A DNA stretch of 64,000 bases from Mobula hypostoma (Eukaryota), in the NCBI RefSeq assembly GCF_963921235.1, contig NC_086108.1, positions 78,432,001-78,496,000 of the forward strand. Reading direction: 5' to 3'. Position numbers and translations under genes: made by a program. Under the pieces are notes generated by a model. It was not told the origin of the DNA and ran no database searches. It saw only the letters and a list, made by a program, of their open reading frames with translations. This document shows, piece by piece, positions 47,193-57,389 of the stretch. Positions within the stretch are counted from its first letter, which is position 1; the number at the start of each line of letters is the position of its first letter.

Positions 47193-49414
47193 TACCTCTT
47201 CCTAGAGATGCTGCCTGGCCTGCTGCGTTCACCAGCAACTTTGATGTGTGTTGCTTCCAATGAATTACATAATTACAATGGGAACACATTGTAACTAAAA
47301 GACACCTCTGAATGTTCAAACTCTTTTCTGGAGCAAAGTAATTCACATTGATGGCCTAAATGCTTCTGAGAACAGAGAATTCAGACACCCAAAAGGGCTT
47401 GACTCTCTGAGTACATCAATATTCCAGTTATTTACCAGACAGAAAACATGTTTATGACCATATTTCATGTGTTAGTGCCTGGAACATTTCTTGATCAATG
47501 GCACAATGATATAGAAAGACTTAGCTGAAATTGTCTAATGCTTGATTTGACATAAACCAGATAAGGTTGGCTGATGGATATGAGAATGTCCTGTGGTCTT
47601 GTCAGTTTGTAAACCATATCTCTTGAGTGCCCTCCTGCCGTGGGACAGTAACCCTTGCTTGGTGGACAACACAGTTTGTTTATTAAGCTGTTACCTTAAT
47701 TTCAAAACATTATTGCATTTGAACAGGTTTTGCTTTGAAGACTGGTGCTCTTGTTCTATGTCTAACCATCTTTAACAGCCTTTAGGTCAAAGCATGATCA
47801 CATAATGTTGAAAACATTGGAAAATTGCCTACGATGTGCTTTGTCCATTATGGATAAATTATAGCCTAGTTCCCTTTTTTAGCAAATTCCTTGAATGTTA
47901 GCATCAAGATCAATGCCCATCTACAGGAAAACTCCAGTATCCCATTGTTCAGAAATCCTAATGGCTCCCATTGGAGCACTGGAATTCTGGTTCCCGTGCT
48001 CAGTATTGCACAGCTAGACCCAGCTCCTACATTGCCTTTAACAGTAGTTCCCACACTTTCATTAATACAGTAAAGCCTTGGTTCCTGTATTATTAACATA
48101 CTGGTGCCTTGTTCCAGCGGTTCCATTGACATACTGGGGCCTGGACTCCCACACTTTCATTAGCACACTTCGGCACTGATTCCTATTCTCCCTCAAAAAT
48201 TCATCTGATTTAGTTTGCTGCACTCCCTTGAAATTCAGCAGGTTTGCTGGTAATCTGTTACATTACAGCATCTAAATAAAAATTGATAACAGTGCACTAG
48301 CATATTAATTGGAATATTATGTAATAGTCATGAAAATCTGCTAGCCTGGCTCCGCCAAATTCCCAAGCACGCTGGATTGATGAGTCTTAGTGCACCTTGC
48401 AAATCTCTGCTTGAAACTCCAGTTAAATTTCCAGCTCCCACTTTTTCTCACAGAGGATCGAAAATGGCCCTAATCAAACTAGTAGCTTCCAACATGGAGC
48501 ATTTGACAGGCTATCTTTCCACTAAAGCTCATCCAATAATAGCTGGAGAGGTTTCTATTTCCCCATGTTCTTCAGCTTGTGAATCTTGCACTTATACGAA
48601 CAAAGATCAAAACACCTCCATACACCACCAATCTCCTCTGCCACGTTGAATGTTCCCACACTAAGTGACCTTTTTATACCATTCACCTCCGCAGATAAAA
48701 GATTTAATATTGGAATCTGTGTGAATAGCTTCATAAACAGCATCATGATACTGTATAGTTTAATTTTGTTTCATTTCTATAAATCTAAGGGCAATAATTG
48801 AACTATAGATTTTATTTGATTTGGCAGATATGGTGACATGAATAGATCATTTTGGCCCTTGTATCAGTATCTTCTGTGTTAGCAACTTGATCAGCGAGTT
48901 TGGCTGAGGCTAGACAGTTTACTTAAAATTTCTCCTTTGGGATTCTGAGGTAATACTATTTTCTAGCAAAACAGTAGAATTCTGTCCAGATCCAATGGCC
49001 GTTTAGGTCTTCCTCTTAATGTTGCAGTAAAGTTCATACAAATATTTTTTTTCCCAGACTAACAAGTATTGTACTGTAGAGGTAGAATAACTTCCAGTGG
49101 AAGACCATTACTCATGTTACTGTATTTGATTGAACTGCGATTCTGACCCTTCACTATACCATCTCCATCATCAAAATCACTTGCTTTCACCTCTATAATA
49201 TCACTCATTTCTATCCCTGCTTCTAACTGCTTTTATACATCCATCTATTTATTGTTACATTTGTCTCTTCCTATTTCCTCAAGTCTAATCTCCTACCTTC
49301 TTCCGGACAACAACATGACCTGATCTAAAAGTCATCATCTTTCTTCATAATAAATCACAGGCACATTACTCCCCACCATTGGTAGTATCCACAGAAGAGC
49401 TGTCTCAAGAGCAC

Positions 49415-52400
49415 CCTTGTGGCTGTACCACTTGACAATAAGTACTCCTGCTTGAGTACTGTTGGGGGAAGCAACAGTGGCAGCGCCTCTGGCATAGAGT
49501 CTGGCCCTGTGGCTCAGAAGGGTAGGGAAAGGAAGAAGATGGTAGCAGTCATAGGGGACTCTATAGTTAGGGGGTCAGACAGGCAATTCTGTGGATACAG
49601 GAAAGAAGCACGGATGGTAGTTTGCCTCCCAGGTGTCAGGGTCCGGGATGTTTCTGATCGCGTCCACGATATCCTGAATTGGGAAGGAGAACAGCCAGAG
49701 GTCGTGGTACATATTGGTATAAACAACATAGGCAGGAAAGGTGGGGGAGGTCCTGAAAGCAGACTACAGGGAAGTAGGGAAGTAAATTGAGAAGCAGGAC
49801 CACAAAGGTAGTAATCTTGGGATTACTGCCTATGCCACGTGACAGTGAGTATAGGAATAGAGTGAGGTGGAGGATAAATGTGTGGCTGAGGGATTGGAGC
49901 AGGGGATAGGGATTCAGATTTGTGGATCAATGGGACCTCTTTTGGGGCAAGCGTGACCTGTACAAAAAGGACGGGTTGCAATTGAATCCGGGGGGAACAA
50001 TATCCTGGCAGGGAGGTTTGCTAAGGCTATTGGAAAGAGTTTAAACTAGAGTTGCTGGGGGGTGGGAACCAAACTGAAGAGACGAAGGAAGAGGCGGTTG
50101 GCTCACAAATAGAGAAAGCTTTGAGACAGTGCGAGAGGGGGGATAGGCAGTTGATAGAGAAGTGATGCGCTCAGACCGATGGTTTGAGATGTGACTTTTT
50201 TAATGCAAGGAGTATTATGAACAAAGTGGATGAGCTTAGAGCATGGATCAGTACTTGGAGCTATGATGTTGTGGCCATTACAGAGACTTGGATGGCTCAG
50301 AGGCAGGAATGGTTACTTCGAGTGCCAGACTTTAGATGTTTCAGAAGGGACAGAGAGGGAGGCAAAAGAGGTGGGGGTGTGACACCGTTGATCAGAGATA
50401 GTGTCATGGCTGCAGAAAAGGAGGAAGACATGGAGGGATTGTCTGCAGAGTCTCTGTGGATGGAAGTTAGGGACTGGAAGGGGTCAATAACTCTACTGGG
50501 TGTTTTTTGTAGACCACCCAATAGTAACAAGGACATCGAGGAACAGCTAGGGAGACAGATTCTGGAAAGGTGTAATAATAACAGGGTTGGCGTGGTGGGA
50601 GATTTTAATTTCCCAAATATCGATTGGCATCTCCCTAGATCGAGGGGTTTAGATGGGGTGGAGTTTGTTAGGTGTGTTCTCGAAGGTTTCTTACACAATA
50701 TGTAGGTAAGCCTACAAGAGGAGAAGCTGTACTTGATCTGGTATTGGGAAAAGAACCTGTTCAGGTGTCAGATCTCTCAGTCGGTGTGTATTTTCGAGAT
50801 AGTGATCACAATTCTATCTGCTTTACCATAGTATTGAAGAGGAATAGGAACAGACAAGTTCGGAAAGTGTTTAATTAGAGTAAGGGGAAGTATGAGGCTA
50901 TCAGGCAGGAACTTGGAAGCATAAATTGGGAACAGATTTTCTCAGGGAAATGTACGGAAGAAATGTGGCAAATGTTCCAGCGATGTTTGCATGGAGTTCT
51001 GCATAGGTACGTTGCAATGAGCCAGGGAAAGGATGGTAGGGTACAGGAATGGTGGTGTACAAAGGCTGTTGTAAATCTAGTCAAGAAGAAAAGAGCTTGT
51101 GAAAGCTTCAAAAAACTAGGTAATGATAGAGATCTAGAAGATTATAAGGCTATCAGGAAGAAGCTTAAGAAAGAAATTCGGAGAGCCAGAAGGGGCCATG
51201 AGAAGGCCTTGATGGATAGGATTAAGGAAACCCAAGGCTTTCTACAAGTATGTGAAGAGCAAGAGGATAAGACATCGGAGGATGGGACCAATCAAGTGTG
51301 ACTGTAGAAAAGTGTGTATGAAACCAGAGGAGATAGCAGAGGTACTTAATGAGTACTTTGCTTCAGTATTCACTACAGAAAAGGATCTTGACGATTGTAG
51401 GGATGACTTATAGTGGACTGAAAAGCTTGAACATATAGATATTAAGAAAGAGGATGTGCTGGAGCTTTTGGAAAGCATCAAGTTGGATAAGTCACTGGGA
51501 CCAGATGAGATGTACTCTAGGCTACTGTGGGAGGCAAGGGAGAAGATTGCTGAGCCTCTGGCGATGATCTTTGCATCATCAGTGGGGACAGAAGAGGTTC
51601 TGGAGGATTGGAGGTTTGTGGATGTTGTTCCATTATTCAAGAAAGGGAGTAGAGATAGCCCAGCAAATTATAGACCAGCGAGTCTTACTTCAGTGGTTGG
51701 TAAGTTGATGGAGAAGATCCCGACAGCCAGGATTTATGAACATTTGGAGAGGTATAATATGATTAGGAATCGTCAGCATGGCTTTGTCAAAGGCAGGTCG
51801 TGCCTTACGAGCCTGATTGAATTTCTTGAAGGTGTGACTATACACAGTGATGAAGGTAGAGCAGTAGGTGTAGTGTATATGGATTTCAGGAAGACATTTG
51901 ACAAGGTACCCCATGCAAGGCTTATTGAGAAAGTAAGGAGGCATGGGATCCAAGGGGACATTGCTTTATGGATCCAGAACTGGTTTGCCCAGAGAAAGCA
52001 AAGAGTGATTGTAGACGGGTCATATTCTGCATGGAGGTCAGTGACCAGTAGTGTGCCTCAGGGATCTGCTCTGGGACCCCTACTCTTCGTGATTTTTATA
52101 AATGACCTGGATGAGGAAGTGGAGGGGTGGTTTAGTAAATTTGCTGATGAGACAAAGGTTGGGGGTGTTGTGGATAGTGTGAAAGGCTGTCAGAGGTTAC
52201 AGCGGGACATTGATAGGATGCAAAACTGGGCTGAGAAATGGCAGATGGAGTTCAACCCAGATAAATGAGAGGTGGTTCATTTTGGTAGGTCAAATATGGC
52301 AGAATATAGTATTAACGGTAGACTTTTGCCAGTGTGGAGGATCAGAGGGATGTTGGGGTCCAAGTCCATAGGACACTCAAGGCTGCTTTGTAGGTTGACT

Positions 52401-53012
52401 CTATGGTTAAGAAGGCATACGGTGCATTGGCCTTCATCGATCGTGGAATTGAGTTTAGGAGCCGAGAGGTAATATTAGACCCCACTTGGAGTACTCTGTT
52501 CTAGTCGCCTCAGTACAGGAAGGATGTGGAAACCATAGAAAGGGTGCAGAAGAGATGCACCCTTTCTATAGTTTCCACATCCTTCCAGGGATGTTGCTTG
52601 GATTGGGGAGCATGCCTTATGAAAACAGGGTGAGTGAACTCAGCCTTTTTTCCTTGGAGCGACAGAGGATGAGAGGTGACCTGATAGAGGTGTATAAGAT
52701 GATGAGAGGCATTGATCGTGTGGATAGTCAGAGGCTTTTTCCCAGGGCTGAAATGGCTAGCATGAGAGGGCACAGTTTTAAGGTGCTTGGAAGTAGATAC
52801 AGAGGCAATGTCAGGGGTAAGTTTTTTTACGCAGAGAGTGGTGAGTGCATGGAATGAGCTGCCGGCAATGGTGATGGAGGTGGATACAACAGGGTCTTTT
52901 AAGAGGCCCCTGGAGCTTAGAAACCCTAGGTAATTTCTAAGACAAGGACATGTTCGGCACAGCTTTGTGGGCCAAAGGGCCTGTATTGTGCTGTAGGTTT
53001 TCTATGTTTCTA
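49415..53012 (+). mobile_element. Nearly full-length decayed CR1 LINE (ORF1 esterase, ORF2 APE endonuclease and RT)
   Basis: SGNH-esterase-like VAVIGDSIVRG...CLPGVRVRDV...VVVHIGINNIGR; APE FNARSIMNKVDEL, VAITETW, GDFNFPNIDW; RT VPQGSALGP, KFADE; tail TTTTCTATGTTTCTA; many frameshifts. Confidence 0.95.
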
Positions 53013-53219
53013 AGAAGGCAACATCTGTCATCAAGGATTCCCACCATACTGGCCATGCCATTTTATCGCAGCTACCATCGGGCAGGAGGTACAGAAGCTT
53101 GACATCCCGCTCACCAGTTTCAATAAGTTTTGGTTCTTGAAGCAACTGGCAAAGCCCTAACAACTGTAGTTAAGCAGCGCTATGAACATTTTGACCATTG
53201 AGCACTAACATGGACGTAA

Positions 53220-53430
53220 GAGATTCTGCAGTTGCTTGAAATCTAGAGCAACATACACAAAATCATGGAGCGACTCAGCAAGTCAGGCAATATCTATGAA
53301 AGAGAATAAAAAAATTGATGTTTTGGGCCAAGACACTTCTTCAGGTCTCAGCCCAAAATGTCAACTGTATATACCATTCCATAGATGCAGCCTGACTTGC
53401 TGAGTTCTTCCAGCATTTTGTGTGCGATGC
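53220..53430. mobile_element. Older Penelope-derived fold-back element
   Basis: CACAAAAT...CTCAGCAAGTCAGGC...TTTTGGGC mirrored by GCCCAAAATG...GCCTGACTTGCTGAG...ATTTTGTG. Confidence 0.7.
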
Positions 53431-53954
53431 ACTAAAATGGGCTTTTGTTTTGTTCTAAACAAAATATTGAGTGCAAATTTGCATTTGTTTTTCTTGTGAA
53501 TACTTGTGAATTTTCTTGTAAATGGCATAAATGTACATATGAAAATAAACTTGATTTTGACTTCTACTTTGAATTTGATCTTATTCATGTTATCAAAATT
53601 CTGAGAAACACGAAGTATGGTTTCCAAGTCCAGAGTTCCTTAAGTGGAAAATCAAAAATGAAAGGAGAGAGACAATTTTGAAGTTAATCATTAAACAGAG
53701 TCTTGAATTCAATTCCAACCAATACACTTTAGGAAGAATACGAATATCCCAGGGATGGTGTGAAAAGACCAATGCAGATATGGTCAGGGTCCCACCTGGA
53801 CTACTGTAATTTCAGCCTAGAATGTCAGAAGTATTTACAAATGTTGGAGGAGGTACTAGAGTAACTGCATAGAGGTCTAATTGCATAGCCTTGCTGTGTA
53901 TTTCTTTGATTTTAGTTGATTGAAATTTCTTTAAAATAGATAAAGGGATTTAAA

Positions 53955-54522
53955 TACTGGTATGGAAACACCAGTGACCTTGTAGCCATCAAAAATTAGT
54001 GGATATGGCCCAGTTCATCATGGGTATAGCACTCAGTGCCATTGAGCACATCTGCATGGAGCACTGTTGCAGGAAAGCAGCATCTATCATCAAGGAGCCC
54101 CACCGCCCAGGCCATGCACTCTTCTCACTGCTGCCATCAGGAAGGTGATACAGGAGCCTCAGAACCCACACCACCAGGTTCGGGAACAGTTATTACCCCT
54201 CAACCATCAGGCTCTTAAGCCAGAGGGGATAACTTCACTTGCCCATCACTGAACTGGATTCACTTTCAAGGACTTTTCATCTCATTTGATATTGATTGCT
54301 TACTTATTATTATTGTTATTTTTCTCTTTTTTTGTATTTGTGCAGTTTGTTGTTTTTGTTTTGCACATTGGTTGTTGTCCTTCCTGCAGGGTATAGTCTT
54401 TCATTGATTCTATTGTGTTTTTTGTATTTACGGTGATTGGCCGTAAGAAAATAAATCTCAGGGGTGTATATGGTGAGATATACATACTTTGATAATAAAT
54501 TTACTTTGAACTTTAAACTTTG
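53955..54522 (+). mobile_element. Rex-Babar LINE 3' end
   Basis: KAASIIKEPHRPGHALFSLLPSGR; 3' UTR ending GATAATAAATTTACTTTGAACTTT. Confidence 0.8.
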
Positions 54523-54883
54523 AAACCCATTTTTCTGTTGGAGAAACTTCTGAACATGAAGTTTAATTTTTATTACCGAGTTGATTGACATGAGAAAGCA
54601 TATTTTCTATTGAGTGTGATAAGGAAATCTGAAACTCTGACTTCGTGGGAATCTACCAGTAACCTTTCAAGTCTAAGAATGAGAGAAGTTTTGTTAAGAG
54701 AGTATATCAAATCATATGTAACATGGACAAGTGAACTGAGTTGAGCTATTGATCTTCGGTGGATAACTGAATGAGTTGAATGGCATTTTGTTCCCTGTTC
54801 CTTTAAAAAAAAATTAATTTTTGAGACAGATTTTTTTGCAGATCTTCCTTGCCAGTAAACTTTTTTTTTCTCCTGAATTTCAG

Positions 54884-55013
54884 CCATCAGAGTGTGAACA
54901 GTGCACCTGTGATGCAGATGGGATAGCACGTTGTCTGGTGGCTGACTGTGCTCCACCCCCCTGTGTTAATCCAACCTATGAAAATGGAAAGTGCTGCCCA
55001 GTGTGCAAAGATG
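54884..55013 (+). CDS. VWC-domain protein exon 2 (second VWC domain)
   Basis: Acceptor TTTTTTTTTCTCCTGAATTTCAG; PSECEQCTCDADGIARCLVADCAPPPCVNPTYENGKCCPVCKD; donor G|GTAAGG; 130 nt, phase 0 to 1. Confidence 0.95.
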
Positions 55014-55719
55014 GTAAGGATTTAAAATAAATGCAGACTAATACTTATCCAGCTCTAAGAAGTTGGGGATTTTTTCCCCTCTGAATTGACAAATTGTTTA
55101 TCTTATGATCACTCAAGGATTTCAAATCTTTGACCTTGAAGTTTTTAAAATGTTTTAGAGATGGCAGTGGGAGGATTCCTTGGGTTCATTTTCTATCACA
55201 ACAGTGTCTAGCAGTGTTTACTAGTAGTAGTGTTTACCTTGTGCAAATGTAAAGTTGTGACATTGTACCATACTACTGTATTATCCAATTTCTAAAAGCA
55301 TTTATTTTACCTTTTTTTTATTAAGTGCAATCATGAATAATAGCCAGATCAGAAATGCTGATCAAGTCAACCAGTTCCCAAAGAGAACTCTGACAGGCCA
55401 ATCAGATGGTTCACTGCTGATCAACGATAGAACACAAAAAAATCATATGTACAATTAAGAAACATTAAAAAATAGTAGAAATACTGGAGTCATGATGATC
55501 ATGATGATGAGAGACACTTATACACATGCTGTCCTCCATAATTCAGAGGTTGAAGGATAAGGTTGCAGGGTGACAAAACGTGGCAGGAGCACTTGGAACT
55601 AAAAACTAATTCCTACCGGGAGAAAACAGCACTTGTTCTTTCCGTACTGTTCTCCAGCAGTTTAAGGACCAAGGCCAACTGGAATATAACTCACAAGTGC
55701 TCTTGAAAGTCAGGTATTA

Positions 55720-56015
55720 GGGCTGGCTGGTGGCGCAATGACATCAGCGCTGGACCTGAGAGCCGAGGTTCCCGGGTTCGAAACCAGTCGGGTCTGTTCC
55801 CGAGTACGCTTTCCATCCGTGCCGGGTTGAGTGTTAAGATCGAAACTCGACCTCGTAGAATAGAAAGGGAAAATACTGTGAAAATGTCTGTGTGAGGAGT
55901 GGTGCGCCACACAGTCTCTCTCTCTCGCTCCGCGCCTTATAAAAGCCATGAAAAAGACATCACGGACGTGCACAGATGCGCACGCACGCAGACGTAGACG
56001 TGGAAAAAAAAAAGA
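55720..56015 (+). mobile_element. tRNA-derived SINE with poly(A) tail and 14-bp TSD
   Basis: A box TGGCGCAATGA (55731), B box GGTTCGAAACC (55775), A-rich tail, TSD AAAGTCAGGTATTA at 55706-55719 and 56016-56029. Confidence 0.9.
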
Positions 56016-56059
56016 AAAGTCAGGTATTAACCCTACCTACCAACAACCAAGCATTGCCA

Positions 56060-56515
56060 TCCTGATCCCCTTCATGATAGCTTATGAAGAAGCATGTGAC
56101 TTCCCTCCCAGAGGTGATAGGTGTTTGTGCACTCGACTCTTGAAGGCTTGGACCCCATCGTCGCAGATGTTTCCAACCACAGCATCTGGAAGCCTGTTCC
56201 AAATTCTGATAGCAGAGTGAAGGAAGCTTCTATCCAGTGTGTAGTTTCTTGCATCAGGCATAGAAACAGCATGAGCAGGCATAGATAAACTTGATCGTGT
56301 CGTGCGCCGTCTCTCATAAGATGAAGGCAGCATGGCGCGAAGGTCTGCAGGGCTGTGGCTGGTGTGCATTTTGTATAGCGCAGTAGCTGCAGCAACCTGT
56401 CATCTGTGGTGTAAGCTACTGATGACCAGCATGTCACAAGCTGTGGCGTCATCTACACCTATAATCCTGAGAGCCTTTCTTTGAATGGAATCAAGCTGGC
56501 TGAGGACACTCTGTG
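56060..56515 (-). mobile_element. L2/CR1-group LINE 3' fragment
   Basis: DRSFLHSAIRIWNRLPDAVV...QAFKSRVHKHL is a typical C-terminal LINE RT motif (SF...WN.LP...FK). Confidence 0.7.
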
Positions 56516-56522
56516 AAGCATT

Positions 56523-56672
56523 CATCTATGGAAATGAATAAACAGTCGATGTTTTGGGCGGTGACCCTTCTTCAGACTGGAGAAGGGTCTCTGCCTGAAA
56601 CGTCGATTGTTTATTCATTTCCATAGATGCTGCCCGACCTTCTGAGTTACTCCAGCATTTTGTGTGTGCTGC
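56523..56672. mobile_element. Short Penelope-derived fold-back element
   Basis: 56523-56571 is the imperfect reverse complement of 56581-56629 with a 9-nt spacer; both arms carry decayed hammerhead-core halves. Confidence 0.8.
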
Positions 56673-57198
56673 AAAGGGGATATATGTAAGGATGAGAAAG
56701 CTGGATTTGAACAAGGACTTTTTAAGGAATATAAAGAAAGCAGGAGAGAACTCTAAAACAGGGAATCAGGAGGGTTAAAAGGAGCCATGAAATGTCCTTG
56801 GTGAGTTGGATTAAAGAGAATCCCAAGGCATTTTTACATGCAACTATGTTATAAACAAGGTGGTAAATAGGGAAAGACTAGCACCACTCAAAGACAAAGG
56901 AAGAAATTTGTGCTTGGAGCAGAAGAAATGGCTGAGGTACTAAATGAGTACTATGTATCAGTGGTCACTAAGGAGGAGAACATGGAGGATAGTGAAGTCA
57001 GGGAAGGGTATGTGGATATCCTAGGCTAGGTTAATATCAAGAAAGAGGTGTTGGGCTCCAGAGGAGCATAAGGCCTGGGGCATTTTTATTGCTTTGCAGA
57101 TTAGATACTTTTTATTTGCTATAACCTATTAGCTTTGTACAGCAACCTCCAAGTTATAGATTAAAATGAAATAATTTTTTTGCACTTTAATTTTTAAG

Positions 57199-57389
57199 GT
57201 CCAAATTGTTACAGCAGCTTCACCAAAAGTCAAGTGATCCCAGGAGGGACCACCGTGTGGGTTGACAAGTGCACCTACTGCCACTGCCATGATGGTCAGG
57301 ATGCTGGATACTGGGAAGGCAATCGGGTCGCCAAGTGTGTGAAGGTTCATCACTGCACTCTCAGTGATGATCACAGTCAACAGCCATGA
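57199..57389 (+). CDS. VWC-domain protein exon 3 (terminal; absent from the supplied ORF track)
   Basis: Acceptor TTTAATTTTTAAG; phase 1 completes Gly, then PNCYSSFTKSQVIPGGTTVWVDKCTYCHCHDGQDAGYWEGNRVAKCVKVHHCTLSDDHSQQP and TGA at 57387-57389. GPNC...VIP...VD.CT.CHC is the brorin-family C-terminal pattern. Confidence 0.92.

Larger units (their letters stand above)
46948..47256. mobile_element. Penelope-derived fold-back insertion (two inverted pseudo-LTR ends) with TSD
   Basis: Arms 46988-47103 and 47141-47256 are reverse complements (116 bp, 3 mismatches seen) with a 37-bp spacer; TSD TTCCAATGAATTA at 46935-46947 and 47255-47267. Confidence 0.9.

Noticed and set aside
55720..55795. tRNA gene
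   Set aside because: A and B boxes are present, but it continues into a SINE body with an A-tail and TSD, and I could not build a convincing cloverleaf.
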